From an uncultured bacterium (GTDB taxonomy: Bacteria; Hydrothermota; Tepidihabitantia; SM23-42; JAOAFX01): a DNA stretch of 64,000 nucleotides. Of the stretch, positions 43,346 to 53,715 are shown piece after piece. Both the position numbers and the translations under genes were made by a program. The notes under the pieces were generated by a model. That model worked only from the letters and a program-made list of their open reading frames with translations. It did no database searches and was not told the origin of the DNA. The stretch is from NCBI GenBank assembly GCA_964559225.1, contig CAZLGA010000002.1:11837-75836 (forward strand). Direction: 5' to 3'. Each line of letters opens with the position of its first letter. Position 1 is the stretch's first letter.

Positions 43346-44287
43346 TCATTTTATCACTGAGTATGTATAACTATCCTTAAGCTTCCGGGCTGTTTTCAGA
43401 TAATGCATTATATATTGTCCACAGTTTGAACCAATTTTATTTTCTTCAAGTTCACCAATGCTTAAAATTACTTCATAACCGGCTGCTTTTAACCGCTCTA
43501 TTATCTCATTTTTTTCGTTTTCTATTTTAATGTATGAAACTACTTTGTTTTCAGAAGCGGTAAGGGTGGGATTTACTGGCGTAATCTTTATCATAAATTT
43601 TTCAGGTTTGAAATGTCTTAATAGCACATTTTCATCAACAGGCATATCTTCAGCAAGGGCAAAATTTAATGCAATTTTTCTATCCCCATTTTGATAAAAT
43701 ACTTCACCGAAATCGGAAATTTGCTCGAAATTCCATTTGTTTATGGGAACAAGCCAATCTCTTAATCTGTCGTCCGTTGTATGGATGGAAAATTGTAACT
43801 GAAATTTACCCGTGTAATATTTCTGTTTTATTTTCAACATTTTGGCAAAAAATTTTTCTCTGCCAGACGGTGCGATTGTGGAGATGCACACCATAAGTCC
43901 GGGTGCATTATAGAGTTCTGGTAATCTTTCAAGAACCTCAAGGACTTCATCATTAAAAACAGGCTCGCCAATGCGGGCAAATTGAATCTTGAACTTTTTT
44001 ACGGGAATCTTGCTATCAGGAAAGCGATTTTTAATCATAAAATCTATCTGTTGAATGATGTCTTCTGCGGATAATTTTCCTTTATAAGTTCCTCCTGCAT
44101 CACAGATTTTGCACTTTACCGGGCAACCATAGAGTGTAGATACAATTAAAACCCATTTTTCTTCACGGGGGATTGGAGGCTGAACAGATTCAACAAATTC
44201 AGTGAATAGTCCATTACCCATTTCAGCAATGTATACGACGGCGATGTCTTCTCTTCCTGCCTTGCCTATTATTTTCATATTTATCAA
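43346..44287 (-). CDS. Radical SAM domain protein (CxxxCxxC). The subfamily cannot be resolved by eye.
   Basis: YGCPVKCKICDAGG gives C-x3-C-x2-C. 313 aa. Confidence 0.65.
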   Translation of the reverse strand: MINMKIIGKAGREDIAVVYIAEMGNGLFTEFVESVQPPIPREEKWVLIVSTLYGCPVKCKICDAGGTYKGKLSAEDIIQQIDFMIKNRFPDSKIPVKKFKIQFARIGEPVFNDEVLEVLERLPELYNAPGLMVCISTIAPSGREKFFAKMLKIKQKYYTGKFQLQFSIHTTDDRLRDWLVPINKWNFEQISDFGEVFYQNGDRKIALNFALAEDMPVDENVLLRHFKPEKFMIKITPVNPTLTASENKVVSYIKIENEKNEIIERLKAAGYEVILSIGELEENKIGSNCGQYIMHYLKTARKLKDSYTYSVIK

Positions 44288-44342
44288 TGGTCCTTAGTTT
44301 TTGCCATACTATTTTTAAAATAATGCAGAGTAAAGTCTGCCA

Positions 44343-45227
44343 CTACTTCTTGGGACAACTATCATCGTGTCGTTCTCCCATTGTTATTTCCATAGCAGTT
44401 TTAATCCCATTGCCCACTGCGATTGCTGTCTGTCTAAAAATCTTATTCTTCACATCTCCAATCATATATAACTTTTTGTTTTTTTCAAGCATTTTTAGTT
44501 TATGTTTTATATTTTTGCTTAAGAAATCAAGGTTTGGTTCCCGACCGATTGCCACAATAAGATAGTCTACAGAAACTGACTTTTTATTCTTTGGATGTAA
44601 AACGAGTTTCTTATTCTTTAATTGAATTTTTGTAATTTCAAAATTGGTTATATACATTATATTCTTATTTTCCATACATCTTTTAAAAAGTATTGGCAGG
44701 CATTTATGTTTATCAGTTCTATTGAATATGATAATTTTATTCTTTTTGCTTAAACCTATTGCATAATCAAATCCTGCGTCACCCGAACCAATTATTCCAA
44801 TTTTTTTCCCATTTAGTTTTTTAAGGTTAACAACTTCATAAAATATTTTTGATTCAGTATTGCGTGGTATCTTAATATTCAATCTTTTCGGCTTTGTTCC
44901 TGAAGCAACAATTAGTATTTCTGACTGGTATCTACTCTTATTTGTTTTAATCGAAAAACCATCTTTATAATCAATAGATTCAACATTTTCTTTTGTAGGA
45001 TTTATATTGTTGAACTCCAATTGTCTGCAAAAAAGATTCACAAGTTCTTCGCCTGTTATTTTTTCGGGAAACCCTAAGTAATTTTCAACAAGATTGGCAT
45101 TTCTAAGGAGACCACCCGGCTTATTCCGTTCAAATATAATAAAATCAATCTCATATCTTTTCAGTTGTATCGCGCAGGCAATACCAGCAGGACCAGCACC
45201 GATAATTGCGACTTTGAATGTTCTCAT
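44343..45227 (-). CDS. FAD/NAD(P)-binding oxidoreductase of the thioredoxin-reductase structural family. No redox-active CxxC is evident.
   Basis: VAIIGAGPAGIACAI and a second IGIIGSGDAGFDYA dinucleotide motif. 294 aa. Confidence 0.7.
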   Translation of the reverse strand: MRTFKVAIIGAGPAGIACAIQLKRYEIDFIIFERNKPGGLLRNANLVENYLGFPEKITGEELVNLFCRQLEFNNINPTKENVESIDYKDGFSIKTNKSRYQSEILIVASGTKPKRLNIKIPRNTESKIFYEVVNLKKLNGKKIGIIGSGDAGFDYAIGLSKKNKIIIFNRTDKHKCLPILFKRCMENKNIMYITNFEITKIQLKNKKLVLHPKNKKSVSVDYLIVAIGREPNLDFLSKNIKHKLKMLEKNKKLYMIGDVKNKIFRQTAIAVGNGIKTAMEITMGERHDDSCPKK

Positions 45228-45580
45228 TTAATCAAATTTTCTGTAAGAACAGGAATGGCAAATCCATAGGTGAGATTTATAAGTGTAGCGCGATGCATCA
45301 TTTCATTCTGGGTTGCGGTTCCATCAATGACAAAGAATACTTCAAACCCCTTCATGAATGCATTCCGAGCTGTGGTCTCGCAGCACAAATTTGTCATAAC
45401 GCCAGTGACGACAACCTGCTTTGCTTTAAATTTTTTCAAAAGTTTTTCTAAATTCGTTTTGTAAAATGCATCATACTGGGTTTTTACAATTACAGGTGAG
45501 CCAGGCACATAGATTTCATCGCTCAGTTTGTAATAATCATTATCCTGTGTAATTATCTCGTCCCACCATTTCTTGAGCAT
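45224..45580 (-). CDS. Isochorismatase-family hydrolase, C-terminal part (frameshifted in an A9 run).
   Basis: VVVTGVMTNLCCETTARNAFMKGFEVFFVIDGTA is the catalytic Cys region. Confidence 0.7.
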   Translation of the reverse strand: MLKKWWDEIITQDNDYYKLSDEIYVPGSPVIVKTQYDAFYKTNLEKLLKKFKAKQVVVTGVMTNLCCETTARNAFMKGFEVFFVIDGTATQNEMMHRATLINLTYGFAIPVLTENLIK

Positions 45581-45618
45581 ACCAGCATTTTTCCGAGTAT
45601 TAATATGCTGGGTGAATA

Positions 45619-45867
45619 TTACCGGTCTTTTTTTTTACGAAAAAGTTCTATGAGTTTATTAATATTTGGAATTATTGCAGGTGCTGAAGGTATAAATGCG
45701 TGCGAGTTTCTTTCAAGAAAGTATTTCTGCATATCAATAACAAGCAGGGCAGAGGTTTCAGGATTAAATTTTATATAGGGAAAATGATAGAGTACCCTTA
45801 ATTCTCTTAAAAATTTTCTGGACTTGTTTAAAATATTCTTATGAGTAAAATAAATTTCTTTACCCAT
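45619..45867 (-). CDS. Isochorismatase-family hydrolase, N-terminal part.
   Basis: [12 protein letters not shown]. It ends FRKKKDR* encoded across the A9 run (plus-strand T9 at 45628-45636). One extra A restores ...[26 protein letters not shown], joining the downstream ORF. Confidence 0.7.
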   Translation of the reverse strand: MGKEIYFTHKNILNKSRKFLRELRVLYHFPYIKFNPETSALLVIDMQKYFLERNSHAFIPSAPAIIPNINKLIELFRKKKDR

Positions 45868-46168
45868 TCACCTGAGACTTTTTCTGGTTTATTGGCGGTA
45901 GTTTATTGCATTTTTGTTGATATTCATCAATCAATTTCTTGTATTCTTTTTCTGGTTCGCTTGTGGTTTGGAATCTGAAAAATGCAGCGATATTGAAATC
46001 CGGGTCTTTTTTTTCAAAGATTAATTGCATAGTCTGGGCAAGGCTCTGTGTACATCCAATATAAACAATATCCTGCAAAATATCCGATAGTTCAAATACC
46101 CCGGGATAATCCGGTGCATTCTTTAACTGCTCGGGTATCAATTTTCTCCATCCACTATCAATTGGCAT
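45860..46168 (-). CDS. Hypothetical 102-aa protein with a degenerate GIY-(10)-YIG-like motif.
   Basis: [22 protein letters not shown]. The conserved Arg and His are lacking, so the assignment is weak. Confidence 0.4.
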   Translation of the reverse strand: MPIDSGWRKLIPEQLKNAPDYPGVFELSDILQDIVYIGCTQSLAQTMQLIFEKKDPDFNIAAFFRFQTTSEPEKEYKKLIDEYQQKCNKLPPINQKKSQVNG

Positions 46169-46252
46169 AAGAGATTATATATAAAAAAATTAGTCTGTCA
46201 ATAATACGATTTAAATCAAATGATTTCTCACCTTCTTCATTATTTACTATTT

Positions 46253-47191
46253 TTATGATATTTCAAAATCTGTTGTTACTCTATTTCTTCCATTCTGTTT
46301 ACTCTGATACATCAATTTATCTGCCCTCTTTATTATTGATTTTAGTGTATCTTTCTCTTTTATGAGGGTGGCACCAATAGAGACAGTGATATTTATAAAA
46401 TCTGAATTAACTCTTATATTGGAGAGACTGACTAAATTTTTGAATTTATGGGCAATTGTATATAATTGAGTGTCATTAACATTCGGAATAATGACAATAA
46501 ATTCTTCACCGCCCCAGCGACCTACAAGGTCAAATGAACGCGAATTTTTTATAAGAAGATTGGCGAGCATTTTAAGAACGCGGTCTCCAGTTTCATGACC
46601 ATATTTATCATTTATTGACTTGAATAAATCTATGTCAATAAACAGGAGCCCGAATTGCCAACCAAACCTTCTAAATTCGTTCAACCGTGCATGAAGTTGT
46701 ATTTCTATATATCTTCTATTAGCAATCTTTGTTAGGCTATCAATCAAAGCAAGCTTTTCAAGTTCATGGATTCTTACATTCAAATCATCTATTTCCGAGT
46801 TGTCGTAGAAGATTTCTATCGCACCAATAACATTGTGATTTTCATCAAATACAGGATATGTTTTTATTTGAACCAAAACTCTATATCCCTCGCGGTGTTT
46901 GAAATATAATTCTGTATTATAGGGATGTTTAGAATTCAAGGTTTTTAATACAGGACAAAACTCAGGATTTTCACAGCATTTCTTTCCTTCTTCATTAATA
47001 TGAATTAGTATGTCATCACCACAACTTTTTCCAATAACATCTTCTGCTTTATATCCGGTAATTTGCTCAGCTCTTGAATTCCAGTATATTATCTTTTTAT
47101 TTCGGTCTACGAAATAGACCCCCTGGTTAAGGTTTTCCAAAAGTATCTGGCAAAAATTATGACAGTCTAAATTTGATATTGATTGTGCCAT
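46253..47191 (-). CDS. Cys-rich PAS domain + GGDEF diguanylate cyclase.
   Basis: GGEEF active site. RYIEIQL...FIDIDLFKSINDKYGHETGD. PAS with C-x13-CC-x5-C (CGDDILIHINEEGKKCCENPEFC). Confidence 0.85.
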   Translation of the reverse strand: MAQSISNLDCHNFCQILLENLNQGVYFVDRNKKIIYWNSRAEQITGYKAEDVIGKSCGDDILIHINEEGKKCCENPEFCPVLKTLNSKHPYNTELYFKHREGYRVLVQIKTYPVFDENHNVIGAIEIFYDNSEIDDLNVRIHELEKLALIDSLTKIANRRYIEIQLHARLNEFRRFGWQFGLLFIDIDLFKSINDKYGHETGDRVLKMLANLLIKNSRSFDLVGRWGGEEFIVIIPNVNDTQLYTIAHKFKNLVSLSNIRVNSDFINITVSIGATLIKEKDTLKSIIKRADKLMYQSKQNGRNRVTTDFEIS

Positions 47192-47505
47192 ACAAATTTT
47201 TCTATGGGTACTCTTTGGGGCCTATTTTTTTCTGCCTCAATCTGTTTTTCAGAAAGAACCATGCTGATTTTATCTGAATGTTTGCCCACAATTACAAGGG
47301 TAATTAGTTCCATGTCACCAGGAATTTTTAAGATTTCTTTTACCTTTTGCTGATTATAACCCGCAATTGGATGGGCGACCAGTCCGAGTTCAGTTGCCCG
47401 CAATATTATTGCGGCGGTTGCCATTCCAGTATCAAATAAATAGTATTTTCTGCCATCTTTCATTATACAATCAAGTTCAGGTTTGCTAAAAACTGCAATA
47501 ATCAT
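47167..47505 (-). CDS. Nitroreductase-family protein, C-terminal ~110 aa only. It is N-terminally truncated and possibly a gene remnant.
   Basis: LFDTGMATAAIILRATELGLVAHPIAGY. The ORF begins 35 nt after the upstream gene stop, leaving no room for the ~70 missing N-terminal residues. Confidence 0.45.
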   Translation of the reverse strand: MIIAVFSKPELDCIMKDGRKYYLFDTGMATAAIILRATELGLVAHPIAGYNQQKVKEILKIPGDMELITLVIVGKHSDKISMVLSEKQIEAEKNRPQRVPIEKFVWHNQYQI

Positions 47506-47540
47506 ACTCGCTGACCTTGCCCATTCATTATTATTTTCTC

Positions 47541-48356
47541 CTAACCAAAGGCAACATCAAGTATCATCATAATCAAAAATCCTATGATTGTGCCGCCGGT
47601 TGCAAATTCTACATTACCGTTCCGTTGTGATTCAGGGATTACTTCTTCTACAACAACGAACAGCATGGCACCCGCCGCAAAACTCAATGCATAAGGAAGC
47701 AATAAGTGGGCATATATGACCGCAGAACATCCAATTATCGCCGCAATTGGTTCTACTACACCTGATAATTGACCAAACCAGAAACTTTTAAATCTGGAAA
47801 TTCTTTCCCGGTATAGTGATATTGAAACTGCAAATCCTTCGGGAATATTTTGAATACCTATTCCAATTATTAGCGCCAGTGCACCGGTGAAAGTTGAGTC
47901 AGGAAAACCACTGACCGCAGAGCCGATTGCAACTCCAACCGCCAGTCCTTCTGGAACATTATGGAGTGTTATGGCAAGAACTAAAAGTATACTACGGTGC
48001 CACGAAGTTTTAATTCCTTCGGATTCTGCAGTTGGAAACCCAAGATGAAGATGGGGGAGAACCATATCAACAACTCTCAGAACAATTGCACCAATTAAAA
48101 AACCAACGGTTGGAGCAAACCAGGAGAGGAAAGAATTATATGATTTAGCAATTTCTATTGCTGGAGCAAGCAGCGACCAGAAACTTGCCGCGACCATAAT
48201 TCCGCCTGCAAATCCTAACATTGTATCAAATAATTTCTGGCTGAATTCTCTTTTTAAAAAGACAAGTGCCGAGCCTAAACCAGTGAATAACCAGGTGAAG
48301 CATCCTACAATGAGAGCAATGATAACCGGATTAATCTTATTGATTAAATCGTCCAT
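47541..48356 (-). CDS. ZIP-family divalent metal (zinc) transporter, ZupT-like.
   Basis: HNVPEGLAVG and HNIPEGFAVS metal-binding motifs in a multi-TM protein. Confidence 0.85.
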   Translation of the reverse strand: MDDLINKINPVIIALIVGCFTWLFTGLGSALVFLKREFSQKLFDTMLGFAGGIMVAASFWSLLAPAIEIAKSYNSFLSWFAPTVGFLIGAIVLRVVDMVLPHLHLGFPTAESEGIKTSWHRSILLVLAITLHNVPEGLAVGVAIGSAVSGFPDSTFTGALALIIGIGIQNIPEGFAVSISLYRERISRFKSFWFGQLSGVVEPIAAIIGCSAVIYAHLLLPYALSFAAGAMLFVVVEEVIPESQRNGNVEFATGGTIIGFLIMMILDVAFG

Positions 48357-48389
48357 TCTATTTTAGAGTATCTGTAAGTTCCTTTTTGA

Positions 48390-49094
48390 TTATCTATTTA
48401 ATTTCTTGTGGCATAACCACCAGTCAAAACATTCATATTCACCAATCTTTGCTTTTTCAATTCGTTCTTTGGCAGTTTTGACATCCTTTGCTGGTGGAAC
48501 AATCACATGGTCTTTTACAATTTCATTATTAGGCCAGTTTGCCGGCATTGCCACACCGTATTTATCTGAGATTTGCATTGCTTCAACAGCCCTCAGAATT
48601 TCATCTATATTTCTACCGAGTTCTTGAGGATAATAAAATATTATTCTAATTTTCCCCTTATCGTCAACCACAAAGACCGCTCGAACAGTATTGGTCCCCT
48701 TGCCTGGATGAATAAGACCAAGAGTTTCTGCTACTGCGCCGGTATCAGCAATGATGGGGAATTGTATTTCAACCCCTAACTTTTCTTTTATCCATTCTTC
48801 CCATTTGATGTGTGAAAAGACCTGATCAACACTGAGACCTATCAGTTCGCAATTCAATGCCTTGAATTTCTCGTACCTTTTTTGGAATGCAACAAATTCA
48901 GTGGTGCAGACTGGTGTAAAGTCCGCAGGATGGCTGAATAAAACAAACCATTTACCTGCGAACGCTTTTGGTAGCTCCAGAACACCATGTGTGGTCTGGA
49001 CTTTCATCTCTGGGAAATCATCTCCCAGAAGCGGCATCCTTTTTTCGGTTATTTTGTCCATATTACCTCCTTTTTCAATAAAATTACTCTTCAA
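48390..49094 (-). CDS. Peroxiredoxin (AhpC/TSA family, Prx6-like 1-Cys type). The true start is probably an internal Met (MDKITEK or MPLLGDD).
   Basis: FTPVCTTEF peroxidatic-Cys motif. Confidence 0.85.
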   Translation of the reverse strand: MKSNFIEKGGNMDKITEKRMPLLGDDFPEMKVQTTHGVLELPKAFAGKWFVLFSHPADFTPVCTTEFVAFQKRYEKFKALNCELIGLSVDQVFSHIKWEEWIKEKLGVEIQFPIIADTGAVAETLGLIHPGKGTNTVRAVFVVDDKGKIRIIFYYPQELGRNIDEILRAVEAMQISDKYGVAMPANWPNNEIVKDHVIVPPAKDVKTAKERIEKAKIGEYECFDWWLCHKKLNR

Positions 49095-49449
49095 TTTTCT
49101 TTATTATTTGGTTGGTTTTTACTGTTAATTTTTTCTTTCCAGAAATATTACAGTATGCTTCAAAAGTGATAGTGTCATCTATTTTTGCCTCCGGAATTAT
49201 GTAAATGTATCTTTGAATCGTGTTATCTATCTGTTGAACGCTTTTCTGTTCTATTATCTGGCTATCGTTAAGTTCAATTTCGAGCTTATTGATATAATGC
49301 TTTTGTGCATCGCGAACCGGATGTTTAATTGAAACTTGTAAAATCTTGCTGGTTGTATCAAATTCAGCAACAATTTCACTCGGTGGATGGGCATAGGTGA
49401 TATTAGCTATTACTAATGTCATTATTGTAATAAGAATCAAGTGCTTCAT
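49084..49449 (-). CDS. Hypothetical secreted protein (signal peptide).
   Basis: [20 protein letters not shown]. Strong RBS aaggaggcaaaaATG. Confidence 0.5.
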   Translation of the reverse strand: MKHLILITIMTLVIANITYAHPPSEIVAEFDTTSKILQVSIKHPVRDAQKHYINKLEIELNDSQIIEQKSVQQIDNTIQRYIYIIPEAKIDDTITFEAYCNISGKKKLTVKTNQIIKKIEE

Positions 49450-49459
49450 TTTTGCCTCC

Positions 49460-49639
49460 TTAAAAATATGTCAGATAAATGACAATTAATGCGTGTATCG
49501 TTGCGAGAAGAATAGCGATAAGGGCGATGAATCTATGTATCTTTAAGGGCGCTTTAATGATTTTTAAACCTGTAAGAACTGCCAATAACACGCATATATA
49601 AGTAACAATGCCTAAAGGTTTTATTAAATCACCAATCAT
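49460..49639 (-). CDS. Unannotated 59-aa two-helix small membrane protein, just below the ORF-track length cutoff.
   Basis: Manual translation: MIGDLIKPLGIVTYICVLLAVLTGLKIIKAPLKIHRFIALIAILLATIHALIVIYLTYF*. It ends 10 nt before the next gene's RBS. Confidence 0.35.
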   Translation of the reverse strand: MIGDLIKPLGIVTYICVLLAVLTGLKIIKAPLKIHRFIALIAILLATIHALIVIYLTYF

Positions 49640-49698
49640 TGTAATTTCCCATTATTATCGTCCGAATGAATTTGGAGGCTACAATTAAAAAAGTTCTT

Positions 49699-49726
49699 CT
49701 GTAGCGTCCAACTTTAGATGGACGAG
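49699..49726. repeat. TGTAGC hairpin element copy (TGTAGCGTCCAACTTTAGATGGACG). It matches the reverse complement of the second half of the 32447 element at 24 of 25 positions.
   Basis: Seen directly. Confidence 0.55.
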
Positions 49727-49738
49727 TATTTTTTAACA

Positions 49739-50242
49739 CTACTCTCCCCAGACAATCGTTCCTTTATTTGCAAGATTATATACCTCTGCCTCAAGAATTG
49801 TCTGATGCCTCTTTTCATCCTCAGCCAGTTGTTCAAATAACTTTTTACCTTCCCGGTCTTTTATACTTTTTGCAATCTTCAAATATCTGGACATCGCCAT
49901 TTTTTCCGCCTTTATCCCGATATTCAAAACATCAATAATCTCATCCTTATTTGGTTCAAAATCTCCTGATACCTCGGGCTTTATATTTTTTGATGCCGGG
50001 GCAAAGCGCGAAAGGTCTATGGCTGTTTTACCCTTACGGGCTTCAATAATGTTATGGATATATTCGTAATGCCTTGCCTCAAATCCAGCAAGTTCTAAGA
50101 ATAGCTTTTTTCCTGCTTCACTCTGTGCCTTTCCTGCGGCATCAGTATAGAAATCCTGTGCCTTTTTTTCCGCTATTAGGGCACTTGTAAGTAGTCTGTT
50201 TATACTCGTTACTTTCCTCTTTGTTGTTTTTTTCTTTTTCAT
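49739..50242 (-). CDS. Ferritin-like / rubrerythrin-family diiron protein, with no rubredoxin domain.
   Basis: E...EARHYEY and E..EKRH paired motifs. 167 aa. Lys-rich N-terminus. Confidence 0.65.
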   Translation of the reverse strand: MKKKKTTKRKVTSINRLLTSALIAEKKAQDFYTDAAGKAQSEAGKKLFLELAGFEARHYEYIHNIIEARKGKTAIDLSRFAPASKNIKPEVSGDFEPNKDEIIDVLNIGIKAEKMAMSRYLKIAKSIKDREGKKLFEQLAEDEKRHQTILEAEVYNLANKGTIVWGE

Positions 50243-50243
50243 T

Positions 50244-50702
50244 TTACCTCCTTCCGCCTAAAAATGTTAATATTTCTTCAAAATCGGGTAATTGGGGAAT
50301 ATCATAGGTCTTCATCCAGACAACAAACTGATTTTCATCGATTATGATATTCGCCCGTTCTGAGAAACCTTCTTTTTCCCTGAATATTCCAATTTTTTGA
50401 GCATATTCACCATGGGGCCAGAAATCAGACAAAAGCCGGGTCTCTTTGACACCCATATCTTTTGCCCAGGCATGCTTTGAAGGAACCGGGTCAACACTGA
50501 TACCAAATGCTACAGTGTTTAATCTATCAAACTCGGTCTTGTATTGTTCCAGTGCCTTCATTTGTTTAGTACAGACACCGGTCCAGGCAAGGGGGTGGAA
50601 GGATAAAAGAATCTTTTTGCCTTTGAAATCAGCAAGTTTAACCTCCTGATTATGCTGGTCTTTTAGAACAAATTCAGGAATTTTATCACCAACTTTCACC
50701 AT
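50244..50702 (-). CDS. Thiol peroxidase / peroxiredoxin (Bcp/PrxQ-like redoxin).
   Basis: HPLAWTGVCTKQM. Confidence 0.8.
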   Translation of the reverse strand: MVKVGDKIPEFVLKDQHNQEVKLADFKGKKILLSFHPLAWTGVCTKQMKALEQYKTEFDRLNTVAFGISVDPVPSKHAWAKDMGVKETRLLSDFWPHGEYAQKIGIFREKEGFSERANIIIDENQFVVWMKTYDIPQLPDFEEILTFLGGRR

Positions 50703-51575
50703 TTAGCCTCCTTTATTCTCTTCAAAAAATTTTCTAACAAAATCCAATCGCTTTTCCGTATTTCTATAAATTATCGGGATTTTATCATCTTTGTAAACAT
50801 TGAGGTTCTCTTCAAATGTTGTCCTTTTTGGATTTTTGTATATTATTCCAAGTGGCATCGGGTCTTCCTCACAGGCTTTTTTAAATGCCCCATAGCGGTC
50901 AAGTGGGTTATAGGAGTTATCAAGATAATAAGTGTGTTCTCTGAACCAGGAATATGTATTAAATTTATTGAAGGTAACACAGGGTTGTAATACATCAATA
51001 AGTGCATATCCTTTATGCAAGATTGCCTGTTTTATGATTTCTTTTGTTTTCTCAACATCACCAATGAAAGTTCGTGCGACGAAGGATGCATCCAGAGCAA
51101 TCGCTATGGCGATAGGATTGAATGGTGTCACGAAGACACCATCTACCTGGACAGGTGTTTTAAATCCCATTTGGCTCGTTGGTGATGCCTGCCCTTTTGT
51201 CAATCCATACACCATATTATTGTGGACGATATTTGTAATATCTGGATTCCGTCTTATTGTATGTATGAAATGATTTCCGCCCTCTGCGTATGTACATCCA
51301 TCACCACTCACAGCAATAACAGTTAATGCCGGATTCACTGATTTGATTGCAGTTGCAGCTGAAAGGTATCTTCCGTGCAATCCATTAAAGAGATTTGTCT
51401 TTAGATAATGGGGTAGTTTTGCAGCCTGACCGATACCAGAAACGAGCACGAGTTTTGATGGTTCAATATCCAGTTCACTTAATGCTTCTTTTATCGTATT
51501 CAATATACCAAAATTACCGCAACCAGGACACCAGGCAATATCAATATCGTCAAGGGTAAATCTGTTTTTTTTCAT
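50703..51575 (-). CDS. korB: 2-oxoacid:ferredoxin oxidoreductase beta subunit (TPP-binding).
   Basis: [11 protein letters not shown]-terminal motif and the TPP-binding GDG region. Confidence 0.85.
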   Translation of the reverse strand: MKKNRFTLDDIDIAWCPGCGNFGILNTIKEALSELDIEPSKLVLVSGIGQAAKLPHYLKTNLFNGLHGRYLSAATAIKSVNPALTVIAVSGDGCTYAEGGNHFIHTIRRNPDITNIVHNNMVYGLTKGQASPTSQMGFKTPVQVDGVFVTPFNPIAIAIALDASFVARTFIGDVEKTKEIIKQAILHKGYALIDVLQPCVTFNKFNTYSWFREHTYYLDNSYNPLDRYGAFKKACEEDPMPLGIIYKNPKRTTFEENLNVYKDDKIPIIYRNTEKRLDFVRKFFEENKGG

Positions 51576-51580
51576 AATTA

Positions 51581-51991
51581 TTAAGCCTCCCTTATTTCTA
51601 TCATATTACCTTCAGGATCCTCAATAAAATATACCTTGCGCTCATTTCGTTTAATGGTGATGATTTTTACTTGTTTTTTTCTTAGATAATTTATGAATTG
51701 TTCCCGGTCGCTTACTGTTAATCCAAAATGGTGTAATCCGTAATGATTTTTTCTTTTCTCTACTCTATTTTTGTAATGCGGTTCAAATATTTCTAAAATA
51801 AGTTTTTCGGATTTCAGCCGGTAGAAACAGCAGGTAGAATTTGTTCTAAAAAGTTTTTTGACGATGTCGGTCTGGAGTCTTTCTCCTGAGATAAGTTTAA
51901 ATCCCAAAATATTTCTGTAAAATTTTATCAAACGCTCGGCGTTTTTCGTGAATATTCCGATATGGTCACAGGAATAAATGCTTTTATTCAT
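51581..51991 (-). CDS. Glyoxalase / VOC-family protein inserted between korA and korB.
   Basis: 136 aa. [24 protein letters not shown]...GLHHFGLTV. Confidence 0.65.
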   Translation of the reverse strand: MNKSIYSCDHIGIFTKNAERLIKFYRNILGFKLISGERLQTDIVKKLFRTNSTCCFYRLKSEKLILEIFEPHYKNRVEKRKNHYGLHHFGLTVSDREQFINYLRKKQVKIITIKRNERKVYFIEDPEGNMIEIREA

Positions 51992-53715
51992 ATTAACTCC
52001 TCTATTCCCTTTGTAATTTCTTCTACATAAAATGGTAATCCGTTATACTTTAAGATTAAATCTTTAATATCCACTCCAAAATTCAATTTCAAGAATTTTG
52101 CCATTTGTCCGGTCGCATTATTTTCAACCATACATAATTTTTTTGCATTGCTTAAATACTGATATGTAACTGGATGGATAGGATGGATCTGGCTGAAATA
52201 TAGCATTGCTACATCATCTGAATTTATTCTTTCGATCGCTTCTTTTACAATCTCATAATTTGAGCCCCAGCACATCACGAGTAGTTTATAATTTTTCGAC
52301 CCGATGAATTCAGGTTCAACCAAATCAGCGCTTATCACCCTATATTTATTCAACAATTTATTCATCATCTTAGTGCGTAGACTGAGGTCTTCAGAAATGT
52401 GTCCTTCTTCATCATGGTGATGGCAGTCCGCTATGACCAGGCCTTTACCGTAACCTGGTATTCCCCGTGGCGATATTCCAGATTCCGTAAGTATATACCG
52501 CTTATAATCCTCTGTTGTTTCAATTATATAATTTTCAATCTTTATATCCTCTACATTGAAAGGGATGACACTATATGAAGAATCAATAAAATATTGGTCA
52601 GTAAGTATGAAGACAGGAATCTGATATTTATCTGCAAGATTGAATGCCTTTTGAGTCAGGTAAAAACCCTGTTCAAAGTTGCCTGGAGCAAAGATGATGC
52701 GGGGAAATTCACCATGTCCGGCATACAAAGCGAGCTGGAGGTCTGCCTGCTCTGTTCTTGTTGGTAATCCTGTAGCAGGTCCTGGTCGCTGGGCAAGGTG
52801 AATTACCATTGGGGTTTCTTGTATTGCTGCCAAACTCAATCCTTCGGTCATCAAATCAAAACCTCCACCCGAGGTGGTGACCAAGGCACGGGCACCTGTG
52901 TAGGAACCACCAATGCCCATATTCATTGCTGATATTTCATCTTCAGCCTGTTCGGTTATTATGTCTAAATCTTTTCCAACCTGAGCAAGATATGTCCAGA
53001 CACCACTTGAGGGTGTCATTGGATAGGCAGCAATGAATTTTACTCCGCCTGCTATCGCACCTAATGCAATCGCTGCTGAACCGTCAATAATTTTCTCTTT
53101 AAACACATCCTTGCTCGATGGAGAGGCAAAATTTATCAATTTTGGTCCTTTGACCTCTTCAGCCTTTTCAAATCCCAATTTTGCTGCCTGAATATTTTTT
53201 TCTACTATTGTCCCACCTTTAGCAACAAAATGAGTTTTGATAAGGTTTGCAAGGTTATCAAAGGAAATATTCATTAGACCAACAAGGAGACCGACTGCAA
53301 TGGTATTAGCAAAAAGCGGATTTCCAAGCTCCTTTGCCATTTTCAGATAAGGAATATAATAATATGAATTGTAACCACTGATTGGAAATTCACTCAAAAT
53401 CAATGTGTCTTTAGAGATATTATCTTTATTGTGTTCCAATGCCTTATCTGTCAGTGGAATTAAAACATCAATTTTTTTAAGAGGTGCCCGTGTTCTCTTA
53501 TTACTAATTCTTATTTGCACTGAATTCATACCCCCACGAATACGGGACATAAATTCAGTCCAGATGAATGCATAATAACCAGATGACTGGGCTACTTTTA
53601 ATGTAATATCACCAACAGCATTTATGCCCTGTCCAGCCTCACCGGAAATAACTATTGAGATGTCAGAGTTCGTCATAATATCAGAACTTCTTGAACTTGC
53701 TATTCGGTGCACCAC
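51988..53715 (-). CDS. korA: 2-oxoacid:ferredoxin oxidoreductase alpha subunit (fused gamma-alpha type).
   Basis: 575 aa. The N-terminal gamma-like domain (ISGEAGQGINAVG) is followed by the pyruvate-flavodoxin/ferredoxin oxidoreductase core. Confidence 0.85.
   Translation of the reverse strand: MVHRIASSRSSDIMTNSDISIVISGEAGQGINAVGDITLKVAQSSGYYAFIWTEFMSRIRGGMNSVQIRISNKRTRAPLKKIDVLIPLTDKALEHNKDNISKDTLILSEFPISGYNSYYYIPYLKMAKELGNPLFANTIAVGLLVGLMNISFDNLANLIKTHFVAKGGTIVEKNIQAAKLGFEKAEEVKGPKLINFASPSSKDVFKEKIIDGSAAIALGAIAGGVKFIAAYPMTPSSGVWTYLAQVGKDLDIITEQAEDEISAMNMGIGGSYTGARALVTTSGGGFDLMTEGLSLAAIQETPMVIHLAQRPGPATGLPTRTEQADLQLALYAGHGEFPRIIFAPGNFEQGFYLTQKAFNLADKYQIPVFILTDQYFIDSSYSVIPFNVEDIKIENYIIETTEDYKRYILTESGISPRGIPGYGKGLVIADCHHHDEEGHISEDLSLRTKMMNKLLNKYRVISADLVEPEFIGSKNYKLLVMCWGSNYEIVKEAIERINSDDVAMLYFSQIHPIHPVTYQYLSNAKKLCMVENNATGQMAKFLKLNFGVDIKDLILKYNGLPFYVEEITKGIEELI

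Noticed and set aside
45218-45464. Plus-strand ORFs 45218-45451 and 45270-45464
   Set aside because: Antisense to the isochorismatase-family gene fragments.
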